Shown: positions 21,105 to 39,873 of the stretch, in pieces | Layout: every line of letters begins with the position of its first letter | How positions within the stretch are numbered: position 1 is the first letter of the stretch | NCBI GenBank assembly: GCA_002269645.1 | Contig: NIVC01000249.1 | Coordinates: forward strand, 310,001-374,000 | From: Macrostomum lignano | Taxonomy: Eukaryota | Direction: 5' to 3' | DNA length: 64,000 nucleotides | The notes under the pieces: generated by a model | Seen by the model: the letters and a program-made list of their open reading frames with translations, nothing else | Database searches by the model: none | What the model was told of the DNA's origin: nothing | Position numbers and translations under genes: made by a program

Positions 21105-21590
21105 CAGTCAGGCCACCAGACCCCTATGACCCCAAACCCAGGCCACCAGACCCCTATGAGCCCCACAGTCAGGCCACCAGACCCCTATGAGCCCCACAGT
21201 CAGGCCACCAGACCCCTATGAGCCCCACAGTCAGGCCACCAGACCCCTATGAGCCCCACAGTCAGGCCACCAGACCCTTATGAGCCCCACAGTCAGGCCA
21301 CCAGACCCCTATGAGCCCCACAGCAGGCTACCAGACCCCTTTGACCCCAAACCCAGGCCACCAGACCCCTATGAGCCCCACAGTCAGGCCACCAGACCCC
21401 TATGACCCCAAACCCAGGCCATCAGACCCCTATGAGCCCCACAGTCAGGCCACTAGACCCCTATGAGCCCCGCAGTCAGGCCACCAGACCCCTATGAGCC
21501 CCACAGTCAGGCCACCTGACCCCTATGACCCCAAACCCAGGCCATCAGACCCCTATGAGCCCCACAGTCAGGCCACTAGACCCTCATAAC
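21105..21590. repeat. Minisatellite, ~30-bp unit CAGGCCACCAGACCCCTATGAGCCCCACAGT
   Basis: Roughly 15 degenerate tandem copies seen directly. Confidence 0.92.
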
Positions 21591-22124
21591 CATTGTAGTC
21601 AGGCCGCTGGGTCTCAAAAAGTTTTCTTGAGTTTCTTAAGTTGGATTTTCCTTTTCCTCACACAATCATAGTCACAAGCCAATTGATGTTATGCAATGTA
21701 GTATACTAGTAATTTTGATGTTGTCTTTCATTCTAAGAAAACGTAGATTTCCAAACATTCCTAGAAACTTAACGTCCCGCTTAGTTGTCCTTGGCCAGTG
21801 AGAAAGTTCTCAGGTAGCTCAGAGGTAGGATCAGAGTTATACCCGGTACATGCATCGCTCTGCTGGTGAATGGGTGACTACGAGTACAAAGGTCCACTAC
21901 TCGTAGAACATAATTGTAAACATAGGCCGCGACAGCCTAGTTGGCAGATGTGCAACCAACAGCTCAGCCGCAGCTATTGCGGGGGGGGGGGGCTTCATAA
22001 GACCGAAGTTTCACAACGCCGAAAATATGCATGGTCTGTGTTATACAAGTTTTCTACAATGTAAAAGATCGGCCTTATGAAGTTTCGGTCGTATGAAAGC
22101 GACGCCTTATCTATTGCGTGGCGC

Positions 22125-22340
22125 ATCTGAAGGCTGCGTACGGCTGTTCAGTCCAAGGACTGGGGGGTCGCCAAACACACCCTTAATTACCCCAGCTATA
22201 ATGCTGGCACCCATTTTACAGCTGGGAAAACTGAAGCAATGCAGAGTTAAGCGTCTTGCTCAAGGACACAAATTGTTCCGATTGGGTCAAGAATCGAACC
22301 CCCGACCATTCAGTCGTGAGTCCAACGCTCTAACCGAAGC
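22125..22340 (-). mobile_element. tRNA-derived SINE with a CORE-like central domain
   Basis: On the minus strand: A box GGTTAGAGCGTTGG, B box GGTTCGATTC, then GTGTCCTTGAGCAAGACGCTTAAC...CTGTAAAATGGG; a second copy lies at ~47035. Confidence 0.75.
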
Positions 22341-22649
22341 TGGAATTATACGTAAAACGCTCCAAAACTACAAGATAAAAGCAGGTTTTGAAGCTAATTA
22401 TGCTTGCTTCTTCAGTGTCGGAATCAAGCGAATGCGTCCTGGATGACCTCGCGTCACCTCTTGGTTGCAGAACGCGACTCGAGTTGATTATAGAAATTCA
22501 GAAGAGCAGGAAGACAACTCGATGCGATCACTATTCCATGTTAAGTTGTAATGTACATAGCTAAACTATGACATATTGCCTAAGTATTTGGAGCTCTGAC
22601 AATCCCGGCTGAGTTGATCTGAACGCGTGTGAAAGGAAAAGACGCACAT

Positions 22650-22905
<256 letters not shown>

Positions 22906-23210
22906 GCGGACCCGAAAGCAGCTGGTGTCAATAACGATCACTGAATTTATGACAGCCAACCCATTACTGTGCGCAAGACGTGCGTAAGATTGCGCCAGCT
23001 CTGATCCGACCCAACCCCCATGTAGCCCCCCCGAACCAGTGGAGAGTAATTATAAAGCAGCTTAGCAAACATGCAGGTCTCTGCAACAACCTGCTGCAGA
23101 ATAAGGTGCTTATTTACTTGCTGGAAAGGACACTCAGACAGTCTGTAGTCGAAGCAAACAAATAAATAATTGGCATCTCTCCTTTGTCCAGGTTAACCCC
23201 GTTCATTACA

Positions 23211-24761
23211 ATGGCCGACCAGTTGCACTCCGATTCCGATTCAACAGGTGAGCAAAGTAGGCATCTAAAAATAGGATTCATTTCTCTATTGCTTTCAGTT
23301 AGGCAACCGTTTTCCAGGAAAATGTTACGTTGGAAAAGTAAAATTCTAACGGGGAAAGATGAGATCGATAAAGGATGCACTCGAGGCAGATAAATGCATG
23401 TCCCTCGCGTTACATGCGTTCGATAAAGAAGGTTGCCAGGGGACAGGTAGACAAGCAGGCAGGTCGGGGGGGGCACACAGGTAGGCAGGTAACTGTTAGC
23501 TACTATGCAGAAGTTAGTACACAGGGTGTGTTCCATTATCTCTATGCACATTGACTGCTCCGGTTTCTACCAAGAACATGTTTATTTTATTACTAATTTC
23601 CACCATCGCTCCACCAGCTCACGGCTGCAACGGCAACGCCAAGAAGCAGCAGGACGCCACATCGATAGTGGAGAGGCGCCAACGAGATCATCTACTCGGG
23701 GAGATGTCGAGTGCCTACAAGAGCGTCATCAGCATGGTTGGAGAGAATCCGGAGCGTCAGGGATTGAAGAAGACTCCTGAGCGAGCGGCCAAGGCAATGC
23801 TGTTCTTCACTAAAGGTGAGAGGCTGCGATTCAAATTGCGCATATCTGGGACACGTAGAGGTCACAAGGACCACTAGAAGTTACTGTTGTACATGTTATT
23901 AGCCAGAAATCATATTTTTAATAGAATTGAAATATTCCGCTCTTCAGGCTACGACGAGACACTCGACGACGTTCTCAACGAAGCTATCTTCGACGAGGAC
24001 CACGACGAAATGGTAGTAGTGAAGGACATCGAGATGTTCTCAATCTGCGAGCATCACATGGTGCCGTTCATTGGCAAAGTCTCTATTGGCTACTTGCCGA
24101 ATAAGCGGGTTCTGGGGATCAGCAAGCTCGCCAGGATTGTGGAGATCTACAGCCGGAGAATGCAGGTGCGCATCTGTGGACTTTTTGTAGGTGTGGTAGC
24201 TAAGCACCGCTGGGATCGGGACTGGTGGGATCGGGACTAATGGGATCGGGACTGGTGGGATCATCGGGACTGGTGGGATCATCGGGACTGATGGGATCGG
24301 GACTGCTGGGACTGATATGGGATCGGGACTGATATGGGATCGGGACTGATATGGGATCGGGACTGATATGGGATCGGGACTGATATGGGATCGGGACTGA
24401 TATGGGATCGGGACTGATATGGGATTGGGACTGATATGGGATCGGGACTGATATGGGATCGGGACTGATATGGGATCGGGACTGATGGCAGGGACTGATG
24501 TCATTGTGAAGCCAATCAAGCCGATCCCAAACTACAATAATGCAACAGGTCCAGGAGCGCCTGACAAAGCAAATAGCGATGGCCATCACGAAGGCTGTGC
24601 AGCCAAACGGGGTTGGAGTGGTGGTGGAGGCCACGCACATGTGCATGGTGATGCGAGGAGTGCAGAAGATCAACGCCGTCACCGTCACTTCCACCATGCT
24701 GGGCTGCCTTCGCGACGATCCAAAGAGTCGAGAAGAATTTCTCAGCCTGATTAAGAAATAA
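23211..24761 (+). CDS. GCH1: GTP cyclohydrolase I, 4 exons (23211-23247, 23618-23815, 23948-24165, 24549-24761), ~221 aa
   Basis: [87 protein letters not shown]; all introns GT-AG and in frame (666 nt). Confidence 0.96.
24208..24496. repeat. Intronic minisatellite, 17-bp unit GGGATCGGGACTGATAT
   Basis: Tandem copies within GCH1 intron 3. Confidence 0.93.
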
Positions 24762-26387
24762 TTATTCAATCGCTAACTGTACTTAGTGTGTGAACTGTTT
24801 TCTGGAACTGTTTATTTTATAGTTTTTCATTGTTGTGGAGAATATATTAACTGTTTAATGGTTTTGGATTCATCAAATTTTAACTGTATTCATGTACTCA
24901 GGTGCTCTTTTTGATGCGACGGATTAAACTACTTGACATAAATTGAAAGGTTGCCTGAAAAATGTGTTGCAGACATCTTATTTATTAACTTTTTCTATGT
25001 TGTATATCTAATTATTTAAATGCATCAATCAATTATATCTGATACATATGAGCTATGCATAGGTGGACGTAAGTTATTGTTTGTACTCATCACTTGGCAA
25101 AGATTCCTTCAAAATTTAATGATAGATTTCCTCTCCTGCTATGTTAAAATTTCTAATTCATGTGCGGTTGTTTATTAAACCAGGAAATAGGAACAAAATA
25201 TTAACGACATATGATTCGTCTTATTATTGACATTTTTTGCTCAGAACAACTGATTAGCATGCAAACCTCTTAGGCAAGTCTTGCAAATAACAGGGCTGAA
25301 ATTAAAGAGAATAAAATTATTCGAGCTTTTATACAATTTTACTTTTTCAGCACCACGGCGGATAAACAGGTATTTCGAAATTTAAGCTTCACGAAGTTGT
25401 GCAAAGAACATACGGTAAAATACTGACTGAGTTTTTATGGAAACAACTTAAAAGTTAAAACAAAATTTTAACAAACAATATAAAATAAATAAATTATCAC
25501 CATAAATTACGCTTTGCTACTTGCATAATAACTTCAGTAACAATTTATAGCCTGGAAAACTTATAACACTTACAGATTTTAGCGTTTGTAGTAATTTAAC
25601 TTTGAATGTACTAACTAATTTTAATCAAGTTGATGAACGGAAAAAGAATCACTTAAACCACGCAAAATCACTCAAATTTAAAATTTAGAGGGCCTCATAC
25701 TCTCAGAAATAGCTTTGTTTTAATTGCGCCATTGCTTTAAAATTAGCAGCAGTAAGCCAATAAATATTAAAGATTAAGGATCTGCTGTGTAAAAAATGAA
25801 TACGAGCTCAACGTCCTCAGTTCAAGTTCAATTTGGTTCTATCGTCGAGGGCGACAAAAATTGTAAACTGAATGTAAGTTAAATTAGATTGTTTGAATTA
25901 GAATATTGAAAATAATTCTTGGGCAAGCAGTAATGCCTTTTTAATACAGTGATGTTATTAACATCTAGTAAGAAATTAAGATGTAATTTTAACATAATAG
26001 ACTTAAAGTTTCTTTGTGTTTAATATTTCACAATTCACTTCTTATTTAAGGAATACAGAGACAAGAATTTTATGTACCCATACAAACTATTTAATGATAC
26101 TTATCTATATTATCTATATAAAAATCAGGACTTTTAGAAATACAGTTGAATGAAAATCAGGCAGACATAAGACAAATAATAAAGCGATTTTAAACGTGTT
26201 TCTATCAATTTTATTAGCTTTAATTTGTCTTTGCGCAATCGAAAGCAATTAGTGCTAAATAAAAAAGTTCACTAATTTTTCAAAAATTGAAATTCCCTTT
26301 AGTAGATTATTGTTTAAGTACAGTACAAAGATTTCTGAAAGCATCTGTCTATTTGATTTGATGCATGATTTGCTTTCACATCATCAG

Positions 26388-27617
26388 CAAAAATCGATGC
26401 CCAAACTCGACAGGAATCAATCGCTGCGCACAAGCAAGCTGTGGAAGCAGACACGGAGCAGAAATTTGTCGCGGCTTTTTGGCTCTATCGCCAAGCAGCC
26501 CAACAGATGTCAGAGGCGCTGGCAGAACGTCCAGAACTGAAGCATTTTGTCACCGATGGCGGTTTGGCGGCTGTTGAACTGCTGAGGATCAGCACCAGTA
26601 GGGCCTTGGAGCTGCACCGTGAACTCAAAATTGAAGGTTATTTTTTGCCTTTATGCATTCACTTATCACTTTATTGTTCAAAACACGTCACAGGGCGTGC
26701 GTCATGAGCCATCCTAAAGAAGAAAGATCGTGCATAACTGCAGTAGATCGAAGGACCCCACACTCGGTTTTCTTAGAAATGAGCTGGAGGCCGGTAAGGA
26801 TATAGCAAGCTCTGGAGAACGCATAGCTCTGAATGGGATTCTACCATAGACAGAATCGATCGATAAAACGATAAAATACCGATTTCTCCAGAGCATATGC
26901 TAGAAAATCGAATAATAGCGTCCTTTGTACTTTAGTTGTACATGGGGCAGATAGCTGTGGATATTTCAGTGGATCATCGAAGTAGTAAAGTTCAGCCAAG
27001 CCAAGGTTCAGACCGCCACTATTTTCCTTTTTGTAGTACCAGCGTCTCCCGAAGTGCTGGCTGCTCGATCTGCTGTCGAGCGTCTTCTTTTGCAGTGTTT
27101 CACGCCCCTGCCACCATCGCCGACGCTTCAACTCACGGATTTTTCGACCCAGGCCTCAGCAACCAGCAGTCGCCTTGCCGACACAGCTGGTTGGGTCTCC
27201 GCACTGGTTGTCGGGCCAACGGCCGCCACCGATCTGGTGATTGCCGCCGCGATGGCGGACTGTCCAGACGGTGTGGCTGAAACCGCAGATATTTCGGCTG
27301 CGATTTCAATTGCCACAGTTGAGTCCGAGCGCTGCCCGAGAATGGGTCGACTTCTCATGTCCGAGCTGATGCAGAGACTGGGTCTTTTGTGCCTACGCCA
27401 GCTGGACTGCCTGTTCAACAGCGACAGCGTCATCTCCTCCGAGCTGCGTACGGAGCTTCTGGTTCGAGTCCACGCCTTGCGGAGCGCCGCTGGCGGCAGC
27501 GGAAGGAGCAGCGGCGTCCGAGTTTCTCGGTCCCGAATTCTGGCCACCGCTGCCAGCGCCGACGCCATTCCGAGCAGCGCCAGGCGAAGACTGTTCGACC
27601 TTCAGCTGTCCTGCTGA
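26388..27617 (+). CDS. Probable multi-exon host gene with an N-terminal MIT-like helical segment; structure unresolved
   Basis: HKQAVEADTEQKFVAAFWLYRQAAQQMSEAL resembles the MIT pattern AVxxD...AxxLYxxA; the GC-rich ORF 27054..27617 looks coding. Confidence 0.4.
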
Positions 27618-28336
27618 CAGATTCCCACTCACTGTCTTTCAAAAGTGCTTTCAATTCCTGTATTTTTTCACGCATCTTATATAACCATGTCATATGTAAA
27701 TAGTACATGTTTACTCTGTCGGGTTTCAAGAAATTCTCAAAGAAATCCACCGGGATTTCTGGCGAATCGCAATGTAGGCGATGATGACTGCTTTAGTGGA
27801 TGGCTGCTGTGACTAACTGCTGCATATAGCAGATCCTTATAAAACATAGAGCTTCGTTGCTCTGCTTTTGTTGACATACATGTAAAGCGACCGTTTTTTG
27901 GTACGAGCCTACATGTACATCTTACAGTCTGACGAGCAGCCATTTGACAAAACTATCATTTACATTGTGTCCCGTGTACAGCCCAATTAGTTATAGCTAT
28001 ATATATTGTACACTAGATCTGCAGGTACATGTTACTCGTATCTGCATCTACAATCGCATCAGCGAGTAAGCAGAATCCTAAATACGATCTTAAGTGCCCA
28101 GCTTAGCTCGCGAATTCATGATGCAATGATACGAGTAATTTCGAAGTTCAGATCAGCGTTGCTAAGCAACCAGCCTCGTGCAACTGTGGTGCATTCAGAA
28201 AAGAAGGAAGAAATTAAAATAGCTGTGTCATGATGCGTATCGCATCGTCTACATGCAGTTGTTTTTCACTCATTAATAAATTGTTTGTTCATTTGTCATT
28301 TAATCACAAATCCTCGCGTTGAGACAAACTTCATTA

Positions 28337-29272
28337 TCAGCCAGCAGTGATCAGCATGTGGTCGGCCAGTACGGCCTGATCATTCCAGACTCCGGCACTC
28401 GGGTTGTACACGATTCTGGGCAGCCCGGTGCCGTTGCCGCCCAGGTTGGCCCAGGCGCAGATGTCGATCTTCTCCACCACGGCCAGGACGCCAGAGTCGC
28501 CGTAGCAAGTTGAAAAAGCGGTGTTGATGAAGAATGTGCGATTGTGGTAGCTACCCGAGCCCACGCTGGAGGAGCCGATGATGGAGAAGAAATTGTACGA
28601 CCTGCCGGGTAGGCCCATCTCCGGCTCGCTGCCGACCAGTCGCGTCGATTTGAACCAGTTCATCGAGTTGAGTTCGGCAAAGCTCGCATCGAACGCGATC
28701 TTGAGCACAGTTTTGCCAGCTGTGACCAGCTCGATGGACAGAGTCTTTGGTGTTAGAAGTTTCACGAGATCCGACAGTCGGTCGAGCCAGCAGGACCGCC
28801 AGAAGGTCGCGGGAGGCGGCCCAACGTCCGGTGACACGAGCAGAGTCTCGTTGCACCCGTCCGGTTTCAGGTACGAGTCCAGCACTTTTACCTGGCTGCC
28901 GGAGCTCACGGCGAACAGTACGATTCGCGGCTGAGCCTTGGGCACCGGCAGCAGCACCGTCTGCTGGTCGGACTCGTTCGCCCGAACCTGGTCGCACCAG
29001 CTCAAGACGTCGCAGACTCCGGCCTGGTCGGTGGTCGCGTACCGGACGAAGCCGGGCTCAGCCGCCTGTTGCTTGAGCAGCAGCCAGTTGCTCAGACAGT
29101 CCAGAAGGCTCCTTACCGGCTCCTTGAGCATCGATCGGCAGCCGGTGAGAACTCCGGGCAGTGCCAGCTGCTTGAAAGTCTCCGAGTCCTGACTTGTTGG
29201 GCCTTGGCTGCAGACAGACGAAGCTGAAAACGCCAGCAGCATGAGGAGGCTGGTGAAACTCTGAGAAGGCAT
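28337..29272 (-). CDS. Single-exon secreted protein, 311 aa: PAN-like N-terminus + uncharacterised invertebrate domain
   Basis: Signal peptide; C-terminal NWFKSTRL...NFFSIIG...RTFFIN...TCYGDSGVLAV...CAW...PRIVY; GC-rich codon usage. Confidence 0.8.
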   Translation of the reverse strand: MPSQSFTSLLMLLAFSASSVCSQGPTSQDSETFKQLALPGVLTGCRSMLKEPVRSLLDCLSNWLLLKQQAAEPGFVRYATTDQAGVCDVLSWCDQVRANESDQQTVLLPVPKAQPRIVLFAVSSGSQVKVLDSYLKPDGCNETLLVSPDVGPPPATFWRSCWLDRLSDLVKLLTPKTLSIELVTAGKTVLKIAFDASFAELNSMNWFKSTRLVGSEPEMGLPGRSYNFFSIIGSSSVGSGSYHNRTFFINTAFSTCYGDSGVLAVVEKIDICAWANLGGNGTGLPRIVYNPSAGVWNDQAVLADHMLITAG

Positions 29273-30014
29273 TCGCTAGAGCTTCCAACTTAAAACGTGC
29301 TGGAGTTCATCTTTTTCAGGAAGGAGCGAAGCATGCGCTCAGGGAAAAAGAAAAGGGAGGATTCTCCAGTTTCGTATTTATACAGAATTTTATACAAAAG
29401 AAAGAAGACATCAAATCATGCATTAGGCTTTGCTCCGCTATCCTTTGGTTTGATTGACGTGCTTAAGCAGTGCGATTTGCATAAGAAGCAGCTGGCTGCT
29501 TTGTTGAATACGCATGAATAAAGTTTCTTTTTTGATAACGTGAGCCATTTCGATCTGTCAATAAAGTCTGTCAATAGTCTCACAGAAAACGCTGAATTAT
29601 GTTCTGAAGAGACTGAGCACCCATTTCTTCATGCATTATTTCGATTGCATTTATCCTTTCTTTAGCCACGTCCGGTCTGCAAAAGGAATAAAACACTGAA
29701 CCACCAGCATATGGTTTCTTTTTCAAGTGCTTCACGTCCTTCCCTGATATACTTTTAAAGCGTAGCCCAAACGGATCAAACGTTTCTCATGAGTCGCAGA
29801 CTTTTCTTTGACTCAGACCGTTTCAAGTGATGCAAAGGCCTATTCTGCAGAGACTTTATTTGAACTTTTAACAAAGTAACCAATTTGAAACAAATTGAAT
29901 TAGCAACAAAACGGCACGAGCTATTAGCTAACAGGACTCATACAATGGACAAAAATGTCAGTAAAATTTCGTCATTTTGCGCCGTCTTCCATAGCGAACT
30001 GGCAGAAACTCTTC

Positions 30015-31151
30015 TCAGGCCAGCTGCAGCATCAGCCGGATGCTCTTCAGCGCGTTCGCTCTGTTTGTCGTGGCACCCCACCAGATCATTGAGCTTGCAT
30101 CACTTATGGCAGAGAAACGGTAAATTCCGTTTGGATTCGTCTTTAAACAGTGTTTATACCACCAGCCGCCGTAGCCATACACTGCGGAACAGTGACGCAT
30201 GCTGTCAACGTCATTGTCCCTGTCGAAGGTGGAGAACTGCATTCCCCGGTGATAAGTGAGCGAGTCTTCGCTCATATTAGAATTGCCAACCAGGTAAGAG
30301 TCTAAGGTCATCGTATAGTTGGTGCTGGCATCGCCCACGGTGAAACCGGAGTACTCGCAGACAAACAGGACATCCGACCACGTGACGGCCTCGATTCTCA
30401 GAAGCCGCGAGTGGTTTCCACTCAATTCGTGGATATTTCTCAGACCTGAAAGGCAATAAATTTTAGAGAAAACTGAACCTATTACTGAAAGGTTGGACTT
30501 TCAGGAAGACTGAAAATCTTGATTCACTCGCCAATCCAGAAGTCAGAGCTGTCTCCAAAACCGTTCTCGAACTCCGACCAGTTCCTGGCGAAGCTCACGT
30601 TGCCGTTGATTCGCTGCTGAATCAGGTAGAAATGTCTTCCCTCGACGATGTCTGGAATTGGAAGGTTGGTAAAACTTTATAGATGTGAATTCTGATTCGT
30701 TTAAACGAGGTATTATTAGTTTTTAATAGCTCAGTAAGTAATCAGTTTTGTGCCACTTACAAGGCTCAAAGGCCGACTCGTCAGCTGGTCGGCGGAACAC
30801 CTGGCCGCTGCCACCAGCAGCACCGAAGTCGGCATTCCACAGGGCAGACAGCAGGCAGAGACCCGATTCCGGTACGAATGTCACAGCCGAGCAGACAAGG
30901 CTGCCCAGCCACTCGCATTTCATCGCGCAGTCTCGGTCGTTGCGACCCGCAAGAGCTCGATAGATAAAGCTGACTGTCGAGTTCAGAGGCTGACTGGAGA
31001 ACTCTGCAAGAAGCGAGAGCATTTTCGCAAATAATCAGAATTGCAGATTTCCAGAGTCAATAATTGAGCAATTATTCATCTTACCGGCGGCAGTACAAAC
31101 GGAGACTAGCAGAGCCAGATTCACAGTTGGCAACAAGCTGCAGCTCCACAT
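30015..31151 (-). CDS. Secreted PAN/apple + fibrinogen C-terminal domain protein (FReP-like), 4 exons (31151-31085, 31003-30761, 30651-30532, 30445-30015), ~286 aa
   Basis: Signal peptide MWSCSLLPTVNLALLVSVCTAA; DCAMKC...CSAVTF...CLL (PAN); QQRINGNVSFARNWSEFENGFG..DFWIGL; FSTFDRDND...GGWWYKHC..TNPNG; total 861 nt in frame using one GC-AG intron. Confidence 0.88.
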
Positions 31152-32039
31152 GCTGGGTGCAGCTTCAATTTCGGCTCCTTTACGTAATTTTTATTGCTGC
31201 TTTGACGTGTCAATACCGTTCTCGTTTGAACTTCGGGCTTATATATGCTGAAAAATTCATCTTAAATTGCATGACATCCAAATTAACCAGACGGAGGGTA
31301 AACATATGATGACGGATGATGGAACTGAAGAGGATGCTTCTTGGACCACTTCAGTGAAACTTTGGAGGTGTTAATCTTGCTGTGTGGTCAGAATTGAATT
31401 ACAACTTATGACAGATCGACTGTTTACTCCATTTAACTTCGATCCCCAGGGTGTCTACAGGTAAGTCAATGATAATGGTTCATAATTGTTCTTCAGCTCA
31501 TGCAGAGTGTCATTTCTGTGCATCGTTGAGCAAATTTGAGAATTTTAACCTCCATTAAGTTCCTATTACCTAGCTCGTACATATATTACTACATATATAA
31601 GACCACAACTCCCTGAGCAATTAGTGATTCACAGTGTGATTGTAGTAAGCACTCCTTATTTACATTATACTTATTAACATTTTGACTGCTTTTAGTGTCT
31701 TCATCCATTTCCAACAAGTGACGAAATATGCAGAAACTTGTTTTAGCTTAGAGTTGAGGAGCTGAAGAGAAAGGAAATTCATGAGAAATTTTGCGACTGA
31801 TTCCAGTAGAAAATTGTATACACATGCAGGTGATAACTACATGTACACAGGTGCAGGTGTTTTTTATTAGAGGCAGGGGGGTTGTGTGCACCCTGGCGCA
31901 CTTTAAGCGACATAGGCACACAACCGGCGAGAGGCATTGCTGCCCATTCCGCCGACTCCCCTGAGCAGGCATACAAGCGCGCGGATACGTACGCAGGCAC
32001 ACACTCACACAGGAGTGTACAGCGGCCCTAACTTTATTT

Positions 32040-32218
32040 TATCGTTAGGCATGTACACTTCACTGCGCCTTGGGGGTTGGCTCTCAAGGCCGTTAATTGC
32101 ACGAGCAGAGCCAAGCCGAGATTCCAATTCAGCCCCAAATTAATGTGACTGCACTTGGAATCGAGCCTGGGTCGCTGGCACACCAGAGCAGCTGCGCTAC
32201 CGCTGGGCTACGGCCCCC
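32040..32218 (-). mobile_element. tRNA-derived SINE (second family)
   Basis: Minus-strand head GGGGGCCGTAGCCCAGCGGTAGCGC (A box) ... GGCTCGATTCC (B box); no complete tRNA cloverleaf. Confidence 0.6.
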
Positions 32219-32219
32219 A

Positions 32220-33048
32220 CGCAGGTGTGCAGGTGTTAGCTACATGTACACAGATGCAGGTGTTAGCTACATGTACACAGATGCAGGTGTTAGCTACATG
32301 TACACAGGTGCAGGTGTTAGCTACATGTACACAGGTGCAGGTGTTGGCTACATGTACACAGGTGCAGGTGTTGGCTACATGTACACAGGTGCAGGTGTTA
32401 GCTACATGTACACAGGTGCAGGTGTTAGCTACATGTACACAGGTGCAGGTGTTAGCTACATGTACACAGGTGCAGGTGTTAGCTACATGTACACAGATGC
32501 AGGTGTTAGCTACATGTACACAGGTGCAGGTGTTAGCTACATGTACACAGGTGCAGGTGTTAGCTACATGTACACAGGTGCAGGTGTTAGCTACATGTAC
32601 ACACATGCAGGTGTTAGCTACATGTACACAGATGCAGGTGTTAGCTACTTGTACACAGATGCAAGGTGTTAACTACATGTACACAGGTGCAGGTGTTAGC
32701 TACATGTACACAGATGCAGGTGTTAGCTACATGTACACAGGTGCAGGTGTTAGCTACATGTACACAGATGCAGGTGTTAGCTACATGTACACAGGTGCAG
32801 GTGTTAGCTACATGTACACAGGTGCAGGTGTTAGCTACATGTACACAGGTGCAGGTGTTAGCTACATGTACACAGGTGCAGGTGTTAGCTACATGTACAC
32901 AGATGCAGGTGTTAGCTACATGTACACAGATTCAGGTGTTAGCTACTTGTACACAGATGCAAGGTGTTAACTACATGTACACAGGTGCAGGTGTTAACTA
33001 CATGTACACAGATGCAGGTGTTAGCTACATGTACACAGGTGCAAGTGT
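32220..33048. repeat. Minisatellite, 21-bp unit CAGGTGTTAGCTACATGTACA
   Basis: About 38 tandem copies; explains the repetitive ORFs here. Confidence 0.97.
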
Positions 33049-33254
33049 GCAAGCGGTACCATTTCATCAACTGGCCTGTAGAATCTGTAGAAATGGAGCC
33101 AATTTCTGATGTTGGAAGTTCAGAAACAGGAACAAAACAGGAACAGCTGTTGATCCTGTTCTCCTGACTAGGAACAGACGACTTTTTTATTGCTTGCGTT
33201 AGCACTGGCCAACTTTAGATCTTGAGTTTGTAATCAGATGGGCATCCTCAGTGC

Positions 33255-38697
<5,443 letters not shown>

Positions 38698-38829
38698 AAA
38701 AACGTTTAAAGTAATGGCAAGACCAATTTAACATGAAAAATCGATTAATGCGTTGTTAGAGCAGCATGTGAGGCACAAACTAGTGTGATCAGGACTTTCT
38801 CTGACACTGTTAAGAGACCCAATCACTGT

Positions 38830-39873
38830 TTTAGTGTTGAAAATCGTGAAATTTCCCATCTCCGTAGTGTATTTTTCCGAAAAGTTGCCTTCAAAACATT
38901 TACCATAGATTTCGAGTGCTGCGTCCTTCTATTTATTAAGTTGTCCTTGGCAGGAGGTGCTGCTGCTGACGCTACAGGCACTCTACCACTGGGGACAGGT
39001 GTTTCGTCGACTTCGGTCGGCGTTATTTCGTCAGGACACGTCCTCTGACGCTGCTTTAAATCAGACCAGACGACCGCGTATTTTCTGTTGCTGTTACTGT
39101 TGAGAAACTAGAAAATCAACCTCAAACTAAATAGAAAATGGCTTCATTTGCAGTTCTGAAGTTTTGCGGGTAATATCAATAATTATTAATTGTTAATGCA
39201 TTATGTACGATTCTTAATTTCCGAATAATTCTGTACCAAACTTAATCAGATATTGTGGACGGCAGGATGTTCTGGGTGTTCTTGAAACGCGTTCTGGGCA
39301 ATTTGAGCTTTGCTAAGACCTGGTCTGAATACGAAAATGGATTTAGTGATGGAATCGACTTCTGGATTGGAAAAGAGTCAACGAAAGTCAGGTAGGAAGA
39401 GCATCCTAGAACTGAATGTAAATGCGTTTGTTTCAGGTCTTCGCACCATCAACGAGCTGACGGGCAGCACGCCGAGAGTGCTGCGGGTGGAGGCCGTCAC
39501 CTGGGCTGACGAACTCTTCATCGCCGAGTACTCCAGCTTCACCGTAGGCGACGCCAGCACCAACTACACCATGACTTACACCTCGTACCTGACCGCCAGC
39601 TCCAACATGACGGGAGACGCTCTGGCCTACCACAAAGGCAGCCAGTTCTCCACTATGGACCGGGACAACGATGGCAGGTCCGGCTCCAGCTGCTCCGTGG
39701 CTCACTGCGGCAACGGCGGCTGGTGGTACTCGAGCTGCGCCTACTGCAACCCGAGCGGCGTCTACGAGACCTCCGCCATCGCTGATTCGCTCAAGAAGAT
39801 GATGTGGAAATACGCCACTGGTGGCACCTATGCCGCTCTGAAAAGCATCCAGCTGATGGTGCAGATTGGTTAG
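38830..39873 (+). pseudogene. Second PAN/fibrinogen-domain paralogue, probably degenerate (exons 39250-39369, 39437-39873; PAN exon frameshifted)
   Basis: IVDGRMFWVFLKRVLGNLSFAKTWSEYENGF..DFWIG|LRTINEL...FSTMDRDND...GGWWYSSC..CNPSG; the 120-nt exon matches the paralogue but the donor reads GA; GQVFRR motif upstream with a frame change. Confidence 0.75.

Noticed and set aside
22280-22340. tRNA gene
   Set aside because: A and B boxes are present but it continues into a SINE core, with no acceptor stem or cloverleaf; the same applies to 32160-32218.
32097-33109. Repetitive ORFs (GVSYMYT / QVLATCT)
   Set aside because: Products of the 21-bp minisatellite, open in several frames on both strands.
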